From the NCBI GenBank assembly GCA_965228855.1, contig CBDDIJ010000003.1, positions 1,248,001-1,312,000 of the forward strand: DNA of 64,000 bases, given 5' to 3'. Source of the stretch: Candidatus Obscuribacterales bacterium. Lineage in GTDB: Bacteria; Cyanobacteriota; Vampirovibrionia; Obscuribacterales; Obscuribacteraceae. Positions within the stretch are counted from its first letter, which is position 1. Each line of letters opens with the position of its first letter. The notes below the pieces were generated by a model. The model had not been told where the DNA came from and made no database searches. It saw only the letters and a list, made by a program, of their open reading frames with translations. This document shows, in pieces, positions 19,085 through 28,214 of this stretch. Made by a program: the position numbers and the translations under genes.

Positions 19085-19810
19085 TCAATTTCTGCGAACT
19101 ACGAAGATCATTTCTTCTGACTCACGGTCGGTAAAGTCTCCGCCATGCCAATCACCAAAAATGGTGTCAACTTTCAGACCTGCCTCATGAATAAGCTGCT
19201 CGATTTTCTCTTCAGTCAGAAATCGCAACTCGCTGTTAGAAACCAGCGTTTCGTCAGGGAATTGGTATATCAAGTCGAAAGTCATTTTTGCGTTTTCGTA
19301 TGCGATAAATTTTCGCGATTCAACTACTGAGCCGGTCGGCAAATCAATTCTCATCTCGTAGTTCCAATGTTTCGACCAGTCGATCGCAGGATTGCGAGAT
19401 TCGAATACGATTTTTCCGCCGGGTTTCAAGTGCTCGCGCATCGTCGAGAATGCGGCCCTTACGTCAGCATCTTCGAGGAGCACTTGAAACGCATGTCCTG
19501 TCATTATTATCAAATCGAATCGCTTGCTCGATCGAAATGACTGTGCCGATGCTTGAATCCATTCGATAGCGCTTCCAAACGGTTTCTTTCGTGCTACTTC
19601 GAGCATTGCATTCGACGGGTCCGCGCCTGTGACATGATGTCCTCGTTCCGCGTAAGCGTTGCAGAGTAGTCCGGTTCCGCAGCCGAGATCCAGAATTACA
19701 CGCGACGACTCGCCGGCTAAGGCTAGATAGAAATCCCGATCAACGGACCAAGGGCTATCATAGTCATATAGTTCGGCGAGTCTCGCGCTCTGGTAATGTT
19801 GATCCTTTAT
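19085..19810 (-). CDS. Class I SAM-dependent methyltransferase, extended to an ATA codon at 19810
   Basis: Frame stays open upstream of the track's Met (19606) and holds LDLGCGTG and VTGADPS; first codon after the in-frame TAA is ATA, preceded by AGAGGA. Confidence 0.85.
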   Translation of the reverse strand: MKDQHYQSARLAELYDYDSPWSVDRDFYLALAGESSRVILDLGCGTGLLCNAYAERGHHVTGADPSNAMLEVARKKPFGSAIEWIQASAQSFRSSKRFDLIIMTGHAFQVLLEDADVRAAFSTMREHLKPGGKIVFESRNPAIDWSKHWNYEMRIDLPTGSVVESRKFIAYENAKMTFDLIYQFPDETLVSNSELRFLTEEKIEQLIHEAGLKVDTIFGDWHGGDFTDRESEEMIFVVRRN

Positions 19811-19838
19811 TTAACCGTTCCTCTAGCTAGGTTGCTCG

Positions 19839-20057
19839 TTAGACTTGAGCACGATTATTATCCACGATTTCAAGGTCCGGAAGATTTCCGAATTTCAAGT
19901 CGTGACATTCTTGTGGTGTCCTCACGATCGGACCTCCTGGACCGCACTGATAGAGTGCCGCTGCTTCTTGTTGCAGATTGCGCAGCGCTCCATCCGCTTG
20001 TGAGTCGGCGTACGATTTCGTTTGGAGTTCTTGTGGTTGAGCTTCGAGTCTAGGCAT
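19839..20057 (-). CDS. Small hypothetical protein (72 aa)
   Basis: Fills the gap between co-oriented genes; AAGG upstream; ends with LPDLEIV motif. Confidence 0.55.
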   Translation of the reverse strand: MPRLEAQPQELQTKSYADSQADGALRNLQQEAAALYQCGPGGPIVRTPQECHDLKFGNLPDLEIVDNNRAQV

Positions 20058-20119
20058 TGTTGTAAACCTTTTGGCGCGGGAATAGACATGGATTCGATTT
20101 CGTCTCTACCGTTTATCTA

Positions 20120-20764
20120 TTACGGTTTCGCGAAGTACTTTTCCGCTAAACCTTTGAAAGGGTTTGGGTATGTGCCGTCAAAGTGGCTCTTGATCCATTC
20201 CTGTTCTGCCTTCTTAGAATCTTCGACGCTCATCGCGCCGTCCGGAACTTTAAGTTTTTGGTCAGGTTTCGATGAGTCCATGCTGGAATCGGGATTGCCT
20301 GCTTGGTCTTTAAGCTTATGGGCGTCTTCGAATTTTTTCTTGATCCACTCTTGCTCTGCCTTTATCGAGTCTTCTTTGCTCATCGAGCCGTCTGGAACTT
20401 TGAGTTCCTGTGTATCTTTCTGTTGGGTATTTGCATCGGATTGGTGGCGACCTCCGCGCACATGGTTACTGTCGCCGGTGTTACCGAAGTGTTGCTCTAG
20501 CCAATCTTTGGATTTGACTTCAGCTTCTTTCGGACCACCATCGAGAGAGTTCACTGCGCCCGGATTTTTGCAGGTCACTTTGGAATCTTGGTTTTCGTCG
20601 CTGTTAGTAATGGTCAGTCCTGGTAGTAATTTGTCAGTCTTGCCGATTTCTGCTTTAGATGCCGAATTCAGGTTATTGATGCCACCGATGTAAGAGTTAA
20701 ATGATTCTTGATGATTTTTGGGGGCGAGTTCTTTCATAGAAACTGATTCTTGATGTTCAAACAT
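20120..20764 (-). CDS. Hydrophilic hypothetical protein with internal repeat
   Basis: Start moved to MFEHQ (GAGGA SD); LKVPDGxMSxEDSxKAEQEWIK occurs twice. Confidence 0.7.
   Translation of the reverse strand: MFEHQESVSMKELAPKNHQESFNSYIGGINNLNSASKAEIGKTDKLLPGLTITNSDENQDSKVTCKNPGAVNSLDGGPKEAEVKSKDWLEQHFGNTGDSNHVRGGRHQSDANTQQKDTQELKVPDGSMSKEDSIKAEQEWIKKKFEDAHKLKDQAGNPDSSMDSSKPDQKLKVPDGAMSVEDSKKAEQEWIKSHFDGTYPNPFKGLAEKYFAKP
20191..20401. repeat. Two diverged ~61-nt coding repeats, 150-nt period
   Basis: tgatccattcctgttctgcc...ggaacttt (from 20191) versus tgatccactcttgctctgcc...ggaacttt (from 20341). Confidence 0.85.
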
Positions 20765-21002
20765 CGATTTGTCCTCACGATAATAGAAGCTGGGTTTGGG
20801 TTCGCTCTCGGGAATCGCTTTGCTGTCCCGGATGAGCATGAATTTATTTCCGGCACGTGACTTTCATGTGACGCAGAATTTCGGACAGTTTTCGGCCGTG
20901 AAAACTCTATTTGAAGACCTTTATATGAACGGCGATGATAATCGGATCTGGCGTGTGACGTAACCGCCACCCGGTATCAACGATGAAATGAAATGTTCGG
21001 CA

Positions 21003-22649
21003 CTATGAAAGGATGATTGAACCCGCTCCGTGACGCTTAGCTTGCGTGAGTGTGCGGTAAGTGGATTCTATCCATTCTGATACGGTCCTCTCGTTTTTCA
21101 AACTGGCGACACCAAATGTGATACTAGCCCGGAATTGTCCGTTTTCCGACTTGAAAATAGTGTGTTCGAAATCCTGTTTCAGAAGCTGGACTATCGTCAT
21201 GAACTCATCTATAGAAAGGTTATCAGCGACCACGGCGAACTCATCGCCAGACAATCTTCCGATTTCTCCAAATTCTCGGAATGCTTTCTTCAACAATTCG
21301 CCTGCCATGGAAAGCACTTTTTCTCCGACAGAAAATGAATGTTGATCGTTGATGTTCGACAATCCATCAATATCGAGCACAACCATGATTGGATTAATCG
21401 AAGCGTTTTTCTTCATGCGAGCGGCAGCGTTTACAAATTCGGCATAAGAAAGTGCTCCGGTGAGACCGTCGCGACCTACAAGACCTTTGATAGCTCGATA
21501 TCGTTCTATGCGACCAGCGATTGTCGACACCAACAACTCCGGTGTGGCAGGCTTAATCAGATAGTCGTCTCCAAGGCGCTTTCCGCGGACCTGGTTTTGC
21601 AATTGGTTTTGAGTAGTGAGAAAAACAATCGGAGTGGTATCAAACTTGTCGTTTTGTCTGACGAATTTTGCAAGGTCAAAGCCTGTCATTTCGCCGAGCA
21701 GAAGATCGAGGAGGATTAAGTCGGGCTGCGATGCGAGCAAACCTTCCTCGAACAGTGAACAATCAGTCATGACCATTGGTTCAAAGCCGGCTGATTCAAG
21801 GAACGCATGCATCGCTGCCGCTTGAACGGGATCGTCTTCAACGACCAGGATCTTATAACGGGGCGTGCAGATGCGTTCGAAAACACGGCTGGCTTTTGCT
21901 CTTAATACTTCGGTATCCGCATTGATATTCCAAAAATCATCGCAGCCTGCTTTGATAGCGGCAATCTTCTCAGTGAAGGCTCCGTCCTCTCCTACGAGCA
22001 CGATTGGAACATCCTCGCTGTCAGGCTTTTGTCTGACCATGCGAGCGAGTTCTAACGAGGAGCCGCCCCGAAGTGTGGCATCCATAATCAATCCATCGGG
22101 CAGTCTGCGGCTAAACAGCGTATTGCGTGCGGTTGCGAAATCGATTGCGGATTCGGTTTTAAATCCAAGTTCTTTGAAGAGATTCGCAAGTCTGGGTGCG
22201 CAGTCTCCGACCAGAAAGATAGTTCTCTTAAGTGCCTCCAGCGAATGCTGTGACGGCAAAGAACCGCCTGCTGTAGCAGTATTAGATGAGCGTTGCGGCG
22301 CGGACCCCTGGTCTTCGCGATAGGCCATCAGCAAGTGATAAAGTTGATTGATCATGCGAAGCAACTGATCGACGGTCTGATTGGCGGTCGCGAAATCCTG
22401 ATCGAGCAAAGTTATAGAGAGCTCCTCTGCGGCAACTGCGCGGTCGCTGAAGTCGCCCATCTCATACAATCCGCTACTTCCTGCCAGCCGGTGCAAGAAT
22501 TGCGTCAGGTCCTTCACAGCGACTTTATTTCGGGTATCGCGTTTGATCTCGTTGAGCAATGCGCGAATCTTCTCGATACGGTCGAGTGAGATTGCGTAAA
22601 ACTGCTCGCGCGCGTTTTCTACCGTCCGTGCTATGTCGCTGTCTGTCAT
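21003..22649 (-). CDS. Hpt-REC-REC-GGDEF signalling protein (diguanylate cyclase-like, SGDEF variant)
   Basis: FLHRLAGSSG Hpt, two receiver domains, DGLTGAL, DIDGLSNINDQHS, GRLSGDEF. Confidence 0.85.
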   Translation of the reverse strand: MTDSDIARTVENAREQFYAISLDRIEKIRALLNEIKRDTRNKVAVKDLTQFLHRLAGSSGLYEMGDFSDRAVAAEELSITLLDQDFATANQTVDQLLRMINQLYHLLMAYREDQGSAPQRSSNTATAGGSLPSQHSLEALKRTIFLVGDCAPRLANLFKELGFKTESAIDFATARNTLFSRRLPDGLIMDATLRGGSSLELARMVRQKPDSEDVPIVLVGEDGAFTEKIAAIKAGCDDFWNINADTEVLRAKASRVFERICTPRYKILVVEDDPVQAAAMHAFLESAGFEPMVMTDCSLFEEGLLASQPDLILLDLLLGEMTGFDLAKFVRQNDKFDTTPIVFLTTQNQLQNQVRGKRLGDDYLIKPATPELLVSTIAGRIERYRAIKGLVGRDGLTGALSYAEFVNAAARMKKNASINPIMVVLDIDGLSNINDQHSFSVGEKVLSMAGELLKKAFREFGEIGRLSGDEFAVVADNLSIDEFMTIVQLLKQDFEHTIFKSENGQFRASITFGVASLKNERTVSEWIESTYRTLTQAKRHGAGSIILS

Positions 22650-22670
22650 CTAATTGGTCTCTACGGAAAT

Positions 22671-23027
22671 TTAGGCGCCAGTCGCCAGTTGCTTCACGGT
22701 TGCCAGAATATCGTTCATTTTTACCGGTTTTGTAAGAAAACCGTCCGCGCCTGATTCCATAACGTCGTCTTTGCGCCCTCGCATGCCGGTTAACATGACG
22801 ACCTTCGCTTTGCCATTCTTTTCTTTGTAGGTTTTGAGAACATCGAGACCTTCCATGTCCGGCAGCTGCCAATCAAGAAGGACGATAGTGAAACTCTCGG
22901 ACTCAAGCTGTTGAAGCGCCTCGACACCTGTCCCGACACTTGATACATCGTAGCTGCTCGCCGCTAAACAATCTCGCATGAGGTCTGCGAGGAAGTCATC
23001 GTCCTCAACGATCAGGATTTTTGTCAT
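22671..23027 (-). CDS. Single-domain response regulator (CheY-like)
   Basis: MTKILIVEDD, LLDWQLPDMEG, FLTKPV; start moved from 23255 to 23027. Confidence 0.9.
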   Translation of the reverse strand: MTKILIVEDDDFLADLMRDCLAASSYDVSSVGTGVEALQQLESESFTIVLLDWQLPDMEGLDVLKTYKEKNGKAKVVMLTGMRGRKDDVMESGADGFLTKPVKMNDILATVKQLATGA

Positions 23028-23274
23028 GGTTGATTTGGTCACAGCTTCAGTAAGCCGTTTATTCCACTGGTCAGGTCGCTCGAAACAGTCAGGTATTCCA
23101 CGGAAGCTGGGTCCGCGAGTCCAGGTTCTGCAGATGTCTGCAGCAGACCAGGTCGAACCGGGATCGGGCGAAAAAGCAAAAGATGGCAGCTTTCTTGGCA
23201 TGCCATCATATTTGGTGCTTAAGAGCACGGGCGTTTTTCGCTCGTGCCGATTCAAAATGCGAAGGCGAGAAAAA

Positions 23275-23424
23275 CTATTCCGCTTTATCGCCGCCGGCTT
23301 TACCGCCGACTTCCTTCATTTCTTGAACCTTTTTCAGTTGCTTTGCCAATCGAATAATAATGACTGGCATAATGATCACGCCTGCAACTGCGATCATGAT
23401 TCCGATTTGTCCGACATCCATCAT
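23275..23424 (-). CDS. Small single-pass membrane protein, 49 aa (not in ORF track)
   Basis: AAGGAG SD then MMDVGQIGIMIAVAGVIIMPVIIIRLAKQLKKVQEMKEVGGKAGGDKAE-TAG. Confidence 0.7.
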   Translation of the reverse strand: MMDVGQIGIMIAVAGVIIMPVIIIRLAKQLKKVQEMKEVGGKAGGDKAE

Positions 23425-23623
23425 AAAAGCTACTCCTTACTGAGTGCCACCGTTTAACTAGTAATTCGGGAAGACTAACATATGTTTGATAGCATTCCAT
23501 TGTAATTGTGGCTTGTCAATCGCTCAGTCGGATAAATTAGGTAGGATAGACAACAGAATGCTATAAAGCGGGGCAGGGCAAAGTTGTGAGGCGCCTACCA
23601 AACTCGAAAGAGCCCATAAAATC

Positions 23624-24637
23624 ATGAATTCCCTGATTGCGACTGTTGTCACAAATTTTAAGAAATGCATCATGAACCGGAAAGTCGCATCAATTGAGCA
23701 TTTTTGTTTCGCCAGGCATTCGCTGGCGTTATCTTTTGGGATGGCTCTGGCACTTTGTGTTTCCGCCACTCAAAATGCCGCTGCCGGACCTGCCGACGGT
23801 CGATATGAGTCGAATGCGCATCCCCCGAAAGAGGGAGTGACCAGATTGCTCGCAAATGAAACCAGATTGACCGCAAATGAAACACCTTCCGGTGCCTTGA
23901 GCTCTCTGCGAAGTGACATGGCAAACGACATCACGATTTATGGCGTAGAGATGCAGGAGGCTTTCGGGCGAGACTTCTTCACGCATCTGCGCCTGCGTCC
24001 GATTGCGTATTCTGTAACCAAAGATGGTTTCACAGAAATGCTTCTGAGGCTTCCAAAATCTAGCCAATTAAGAGCTTTGCTGAATTGTTACGTGGTCCTG
24101 GATGATTCAGGCAAGATTATTCGCGCGCGTTTGCATTTGAAGCGCCGAGCGATTTCTGATCGCGTTCAAGGTGCGTTTGCGCGAGACTACGCGAAAAGCT
24201 TTGTTCAAGCAGCGGTACCCGAAAGCGAGTTAGATACCGGTGCTTCGATAGGCAACGAAATCTTTTTTCGCCAAGAAATAACCAAGCTGCAGAAGGCTGA
24301 CCTTGAATCACGCAAGGAGAAGTCCGATCCTGAAAAAACATACTTCAAGCTGGGCTCCGGAAAACTGAAGGAAGGCGATATTATCATCACTGGTGGTGCC
24401 GGAGAATTGCCTGTAATTCCCAAGAAGCCATCAGAGTTCTACCAGGTTTTCATCGGCAACGAAAAGACATCGAAGATGAACTTGGACAACGTGGTATTGC
24501 GATTTTCCAACAAAGTATTGGAAGGCGAAGATACGCTTGTTATCTCGGTTGTGAGAAAGAACGATCCTGCAGAAGAGGATTCTGAGCGCAAGGACGTTGA
24601 TTATGGAAACATGCCGCTCCATGTTCCGATGATTTGA
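23624..24637 (+). CDS. Hypothetical exported protein (start uncertain)
   Basis: 337-aa ORF with signal-like LALSFGMALALCVSA segment; no family recognised. Confidence 0.6.
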   Translation: MNSLIATVVTNFKKCIMNRKVASIEHFCFARHSLALSFGMALALCVSATQNAAAGPADGRYESNAHPPKEGVTRLLANETRLTANETPSGALSSLRSDMANDITIYGVEMQEAFGRDFFTHLRLRPIAYSVTKDGFTEMLLRLPKSSQLRALLNCYVVLDDSGKIIRARLHLKRRAISDRVQGAFARDYAKSFVQAAVPESELDTGASIGNEIFFRQEITKLQKADLESRKEKSDPEKTYFKLGSGKLKEGDIIITGGAGELPVIPKKPSEFYQVFIGNEKTSKMNLDNVVLRFSNKVLEGEDTLVISVVRKNDPAEEDSERKDVDYGNMPLHVPMI

Positions 24638-24690
24638 CCAAAACTTTTGCTGGCTGTTGTTAGACGTCTTTCCCACGGAGCGGGCGCCGG

Positions 24691-26838
24691 TTATTCGTCA
24701 GCCGGAGCTTCTTCGTCTTCCTCGTCGCCGGCTGCTTCATCTTGAGCCGCGCCATCGTTTTCCCAAACGGTCGGAGAGATCTCCTCAACTTTGGCTATAA
24801 ACCATTTTCTGTTGTCCTTCTTGATCAAGACGAAGCGCATGTATTGTGGACCTTCTTTGATCCAGAACTTGGTGCGAACGAGCACAGCTGCTTTGCCCTG
24901 GTCTTTGTCGTAGGACTCGACCTTGATGTAGTTTCTCTTGACCAGACTGCTGTTCGGAACTTCATCAAAGGTGTAGTTCTTCCACGTGTCCTCGAGCTTT
25001 CTGTAGTCTTCAGCTGCATATTCCGGCATGTAGTATGACGAAAACTGCTCCGAATCAACTTTCTCGCCGGGCGCCGTCAGAGTTGCAAAATTCTGTTTGA
25101 TTAGTTCATTTATCTGGCGCAGATCTTCGCCGCCTTGCGCTTGCTCCGTCCACTCCGCTTCATCCAGAGATTTTTTGTCCAAACCGTTGTGGTAAGTAAC
25201 TTTCCACATGTCGCCGATTCCCGCACCGGTCGCACTTCCGGATTTGTCATCCAGATTCGTATTGTTTGGAATTTGAATTTTCACGAGCTTGCCAGGCGTC
25301 TCATCATCTTCGCTGCTGACGTAAAGGTACATCTCACCGGGCTTCGACTTGGTAGCAGGATTGTAGTAGTAGACCATGCCTTCGACCACGGTCTGAGTCG
25401 AAAACATATTGCCGATTTTGAAATTCTGCATCACAACTACAACGCCAACCAATGCAAATGGAATGACCGCTACTGCAATCAGCGCCGGCAGTGGAATCTT
25501 TTTGAAGATTTCCATCTGTTTGATTTTGTCGAGCGGGCTGGCCGCCTTGTCTTTCACCGCGGCAGGTGGCTCTTCCGGTTTTCGCCGTTGCTGAGTTCTA
25601 GTAGTTCGCAAAGATTCTTTAGGCGAATCTTCTCTCGTCGGTCTGGGTGCCTGCTGCACGGTTGGGTCCGGCGCCATTTGCGCGCCGGTCGCTCTTTGAT
25701 TTTTTGATTCGTAGGGCACGGTCGGCTTAGCCGCGCTCGTAGCGCCCGTTTTACTACCTGCAGGTTGCTGATATTTAGCGAGCGAACTCCTGGTCGAACG
25801 AACCCCTTTGGCTGCCGGACCTGGTCCAAACAACTTCTCTTTGTCGAGTAATTTTGAAACACCCTCCATTGCATCGCGCAATTCCTGCATGGATTGGTAG
25901 CGTTGCTCGGGTTTTTTCGCTAAGGCTTTGAGTACCACGCGTTCCAATGCTTCCGGAATATCCAGATCCGGACGCGATTCGCGGAAAGGTTTAGGCGGCG
26001 TCGACATGTGCATCTGCATGGTGTCGATGATGGAATTGCCCATCAAAGGCGGTTGTCCGGTCAAGGACTCATACATCATCGCGCCCATTGAATAAATGTC
26101 TGACCGTGCATCGAGCGACTGGGCCATGCACTGCTCCGGCGACATGTAAATCGGACTGCCGAAGACCTCGCCTGTCTGCGTGAGGTTTTGAGATTGCTTT
26201 CCTGATGAAGGCATGAGCTTCGCGATGCCAAAGTCCACGACCTTGACGAAGTCCTTTTTGCCCTCGAAGTCAATCAACATAATGTTAGACGACTTCAAGT
26301 CTCTGTGGATAACGCCCTTCTGGTGCGCGTGTTCGAGCGCTTCGCAGGCTTGCATGAATATCGGAATCATCCGCTTTACAGGAACTTGCTTGTCGCGTCT
26401 GATAATGTCTGCCAGGGACTCCCCTTCCAGGAAGTCCATAACTAGATACGGTTGTCCGCTGGCTACAAAACCGTAGTCGTATACCGTAATTACGTTTGGG
26501 TGTTGCAAGTGCGAGGCTGCCTGCGCTTCTTGCTGAAATCGTTTTATGCTTATCTGATCAGAGACTAGCTGCGGAAGCAGCACTTTAATTGCCACAGTGC
26601 GATCCATCAGCTCATGGATGCCTTTGTAGACGGCGCTCATGCCGCCTCGGCCGACTTCCTCGACGACCTTGTAGCGATCGTTCAAAATCTGCCCGATCAG
26701 TTCATCTTTCTGAGGTGTCAGAAGCATCGTTCTGTCCTTCGGACAAACGACTAGATTTGTGTCCTGGTATTCCTCGTTACAAGCAGGACACTTTTTAACC
26801 TTCGGACCACTCGGCTGCGATTCCACAGTAGCTGTCAT
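24691..26838 (-). CDS. Hanks-type Ser/Thr protein kinase with TM helix and extracytoplasmic domain
   Basis: GRGGMSAVY, VAIK, HRDLKSSN, DFGIAK, GSPIYMSPEQ; N-terminal CPAC..C; TM ALIAVAVIPFALVGVVVVM. Confidence 0.95.
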   Translation of the reverse strand: MTATVESQPSGPKVKKCPACNEEYQDTNLVVCPKDRTMLLTPQKDELIGQILNDRYKVVEEVGRGGMSAVYKGIHELMDRTVAIKVLLPQLVSDQISIKRFQQEAQAASHLQHPNVITVYDYGFVASGQPYLVMDFLEGESLADIIRRDKQVPVKRMIPIFMQACEALEHAHQKGVIHRDLKSSNIMLIDFEGKKDFVKVVDFGIAKLMPSSGKQSQNLTQTGEVFGSPIYMSPEQCMAQSLDARSDIYSMGAMMYESLTGQPPLMGNSIIDTMQMHMSTPPKPFRESRPDLDIPEALERVVLKALAKKPEQRYQSMQELRDAMEGVSKLLDKEKLFGPGPAAKGVRSTRSSLAKYQQPAGSKTGATSAAKPTVPYESKNQRATGAQMAPDPTVQQAPRPTREDSPKESLRTTRTQQRRKPEEPPAAVKDKAASPLDKIKQMEIFKKIPLPALIAVAVIPFALVGVVVVMQNFKIGNMFSTQTVVEGMVYYYNPATKSKPGEMYLYVSSEDDETPGKLVKIQIPNNTNLDDKSGSATGAGIGDMWKVTYHNGLDKKSLDEAEWTEQAQGGEDLRQINELIKQNFATLTAPGEKVDSEQFSSYYMPEYAAEDYRKLEDTWKNYTFDEVPNSSLVKRNYIKVESYDKDQGKAAVLVRTKFWIKEGPQYMRFVLIKKDNRKWFIAKVEEISPTVWENDGAAQDEAAGDEEDEEAPADE

Positions 26839-27101
26839 TCCTAACTCACATTCCTGGCCATGTTAGCAAAACTGCCATAGTTTGTGCGATTTCGGCGGCC
26901 AGGCAATCGTGTAAAGCACGCTGTCTCCACGGGTTTCATTCCACGTACCTGCGATATGTAACCGGCCAAGGTCCTATAAAACATCGATTGCGGCGAACAA
27001 AACAAGGTCTGTTCGATTTCGGAGCCCAATCTCGAAACGTTGGAAAATAACACTGTTTCCCTGCACACCTGACCAATTTCCGCGAACTTACCGAAGAAAG
27101 A

Positions 27102-27620
27102 TTAAACCCGCTCTTCCGGCTTTACAGGCGGGTAGCAACTTAGAAAGACTAATGCTGCGAACATGATGTAGCAAACCAGGTGCATGAATGGATCCAGGTA
27201 GCGTGGCTCCGCCTCCAGGCAGGACTCTTGCGGATTCTCGGGGTTGTAGACCACCGTCACGGCGGTTCCCGGAATATAGCGCGTGCGAATTTGACCGGCT
27301 TCAAAACCAGGAAGACCTAGCCACTCCTGAAACGAAATCGTGTCATTGACGTAGGCTGTTCCATCGACCTTGTAGTGATAAACCACGATTGGACGCCATG
27401 CAGGGTCCCGTCCGAGTACCATATGCGAGAGTCCGGCACGTCTGGTTATGCCTGGTACTTGTTTCCACGACATCGCCTGGGAAGCCTTCATGAGTGGAGG
27501 CAGATCCAGACTGAGAAACAAAGCGATGACGACAGCAACTAGCCCGATTAGGAACGGGATTTTGACTCGTCCTTTCAAGGTCTTTTTATCGACTTTTTCG
27601 AGCGTTTCTGTGATGGTCAC
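27102..27620 (-). CDS. DUF3592-like membrane protein
   Basis: TM, SWKQVPGIT, PIVVYHYKVDG, GTAVTVVYNPENPQES, C-terminal TM. Confidence 0.8.
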   Translation of the reverse strand: MTITETLEKVDKKTLKGRVKIPFLIGLVAVVIALFLSLDLPPLMKASQAMSWKQVPGITRRAGLSHMVLGRDPAWRPIVVYHYKVDGTAYVNDTISFQEWLGLPGFEAGQIRTRYIPGTAVTVVYNPENPQESCLEAEPRYLDPFMHLVCYIMFAALVFLSCYPPVKPEERV

Positions 27621-28214
27621 GGTGCGGACTGGGTCAGCCAGTTATAGTTTCACTCTAGTAGTGTGCGCAATTTTCGCCTTTGCTAATCCCTGTTTTACGG
27701 AAGGAAACAGAAACAGCCGGCTGTGGGCGGTGTGTGGAACTTTGGCGAAAGGACTCTCCTATCGGTCGCTGAATTATCGGACGGGTGCTCTTGCTGTGCG
27801 CACCTGTCTCCAATCTACGATTAGGGGAAACCCTGTGGCATTACTCAACCGTCGCGATTATTCTCAATGCACATTTACTACGGCGCGGAAGTTTTCTTCC
27901 CTGCCAAAATTATAGAAAACAGTATCGATTGCGAGCACCTGGTGCTTAGCGATAGCGCAGTTCTTCACTCAGGTGTGCAGGCTCGATCCCTCGAGTTTGT
28001 CCGCACCGCCGGTGGTGTCTGTGCCGTTGCTTTGACAAGGTGAGTAGATCCGTTTTGAATACTCTGACTTAAGGTAACTAACGGAACAAGCTTGCTTGTT
28101 CTCTATGTCCGGTTGTCCGTGCAATTATGCAGGGCCGACTGCTGCTGTTTTCTCTTACACGATTACTACGTCAATAACTATCCGGTTCTGACCTGGGTAG
28201 GGAGGAAATTGATC

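Noticed and set aside
20022..20693. 223-aa plus-strand ORF with repeats
   Set aside because: Antisense shadow of the repeat protein on the minus strand, which has the SD
20853..20970. TGTGA/CGTGA half-sites suggesting CRP-family boxes
   Set aside because: No TCACA half-site at the 6-nt spacing
23150..23166. GGTTCGA on the minus strand resembling a tRNA T-loop
   Set aside because: I could not build a cloverleaf or find an acceptor stem
23028..23255. 76-aa N-terminal extension of the response regulator in the ORF track
   Set aside because: The receiver fold begins at MTKILIVEDD; the extension has no recognisable features and overlaps hairpins
27690..27720. CGGAAGGAAACAG resembling the SRP RNA (ffs) loop
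   Set aside because: Lacks the upstream CAGGTCAGG half and the AGCAG pairing partner; no long enclosing helix
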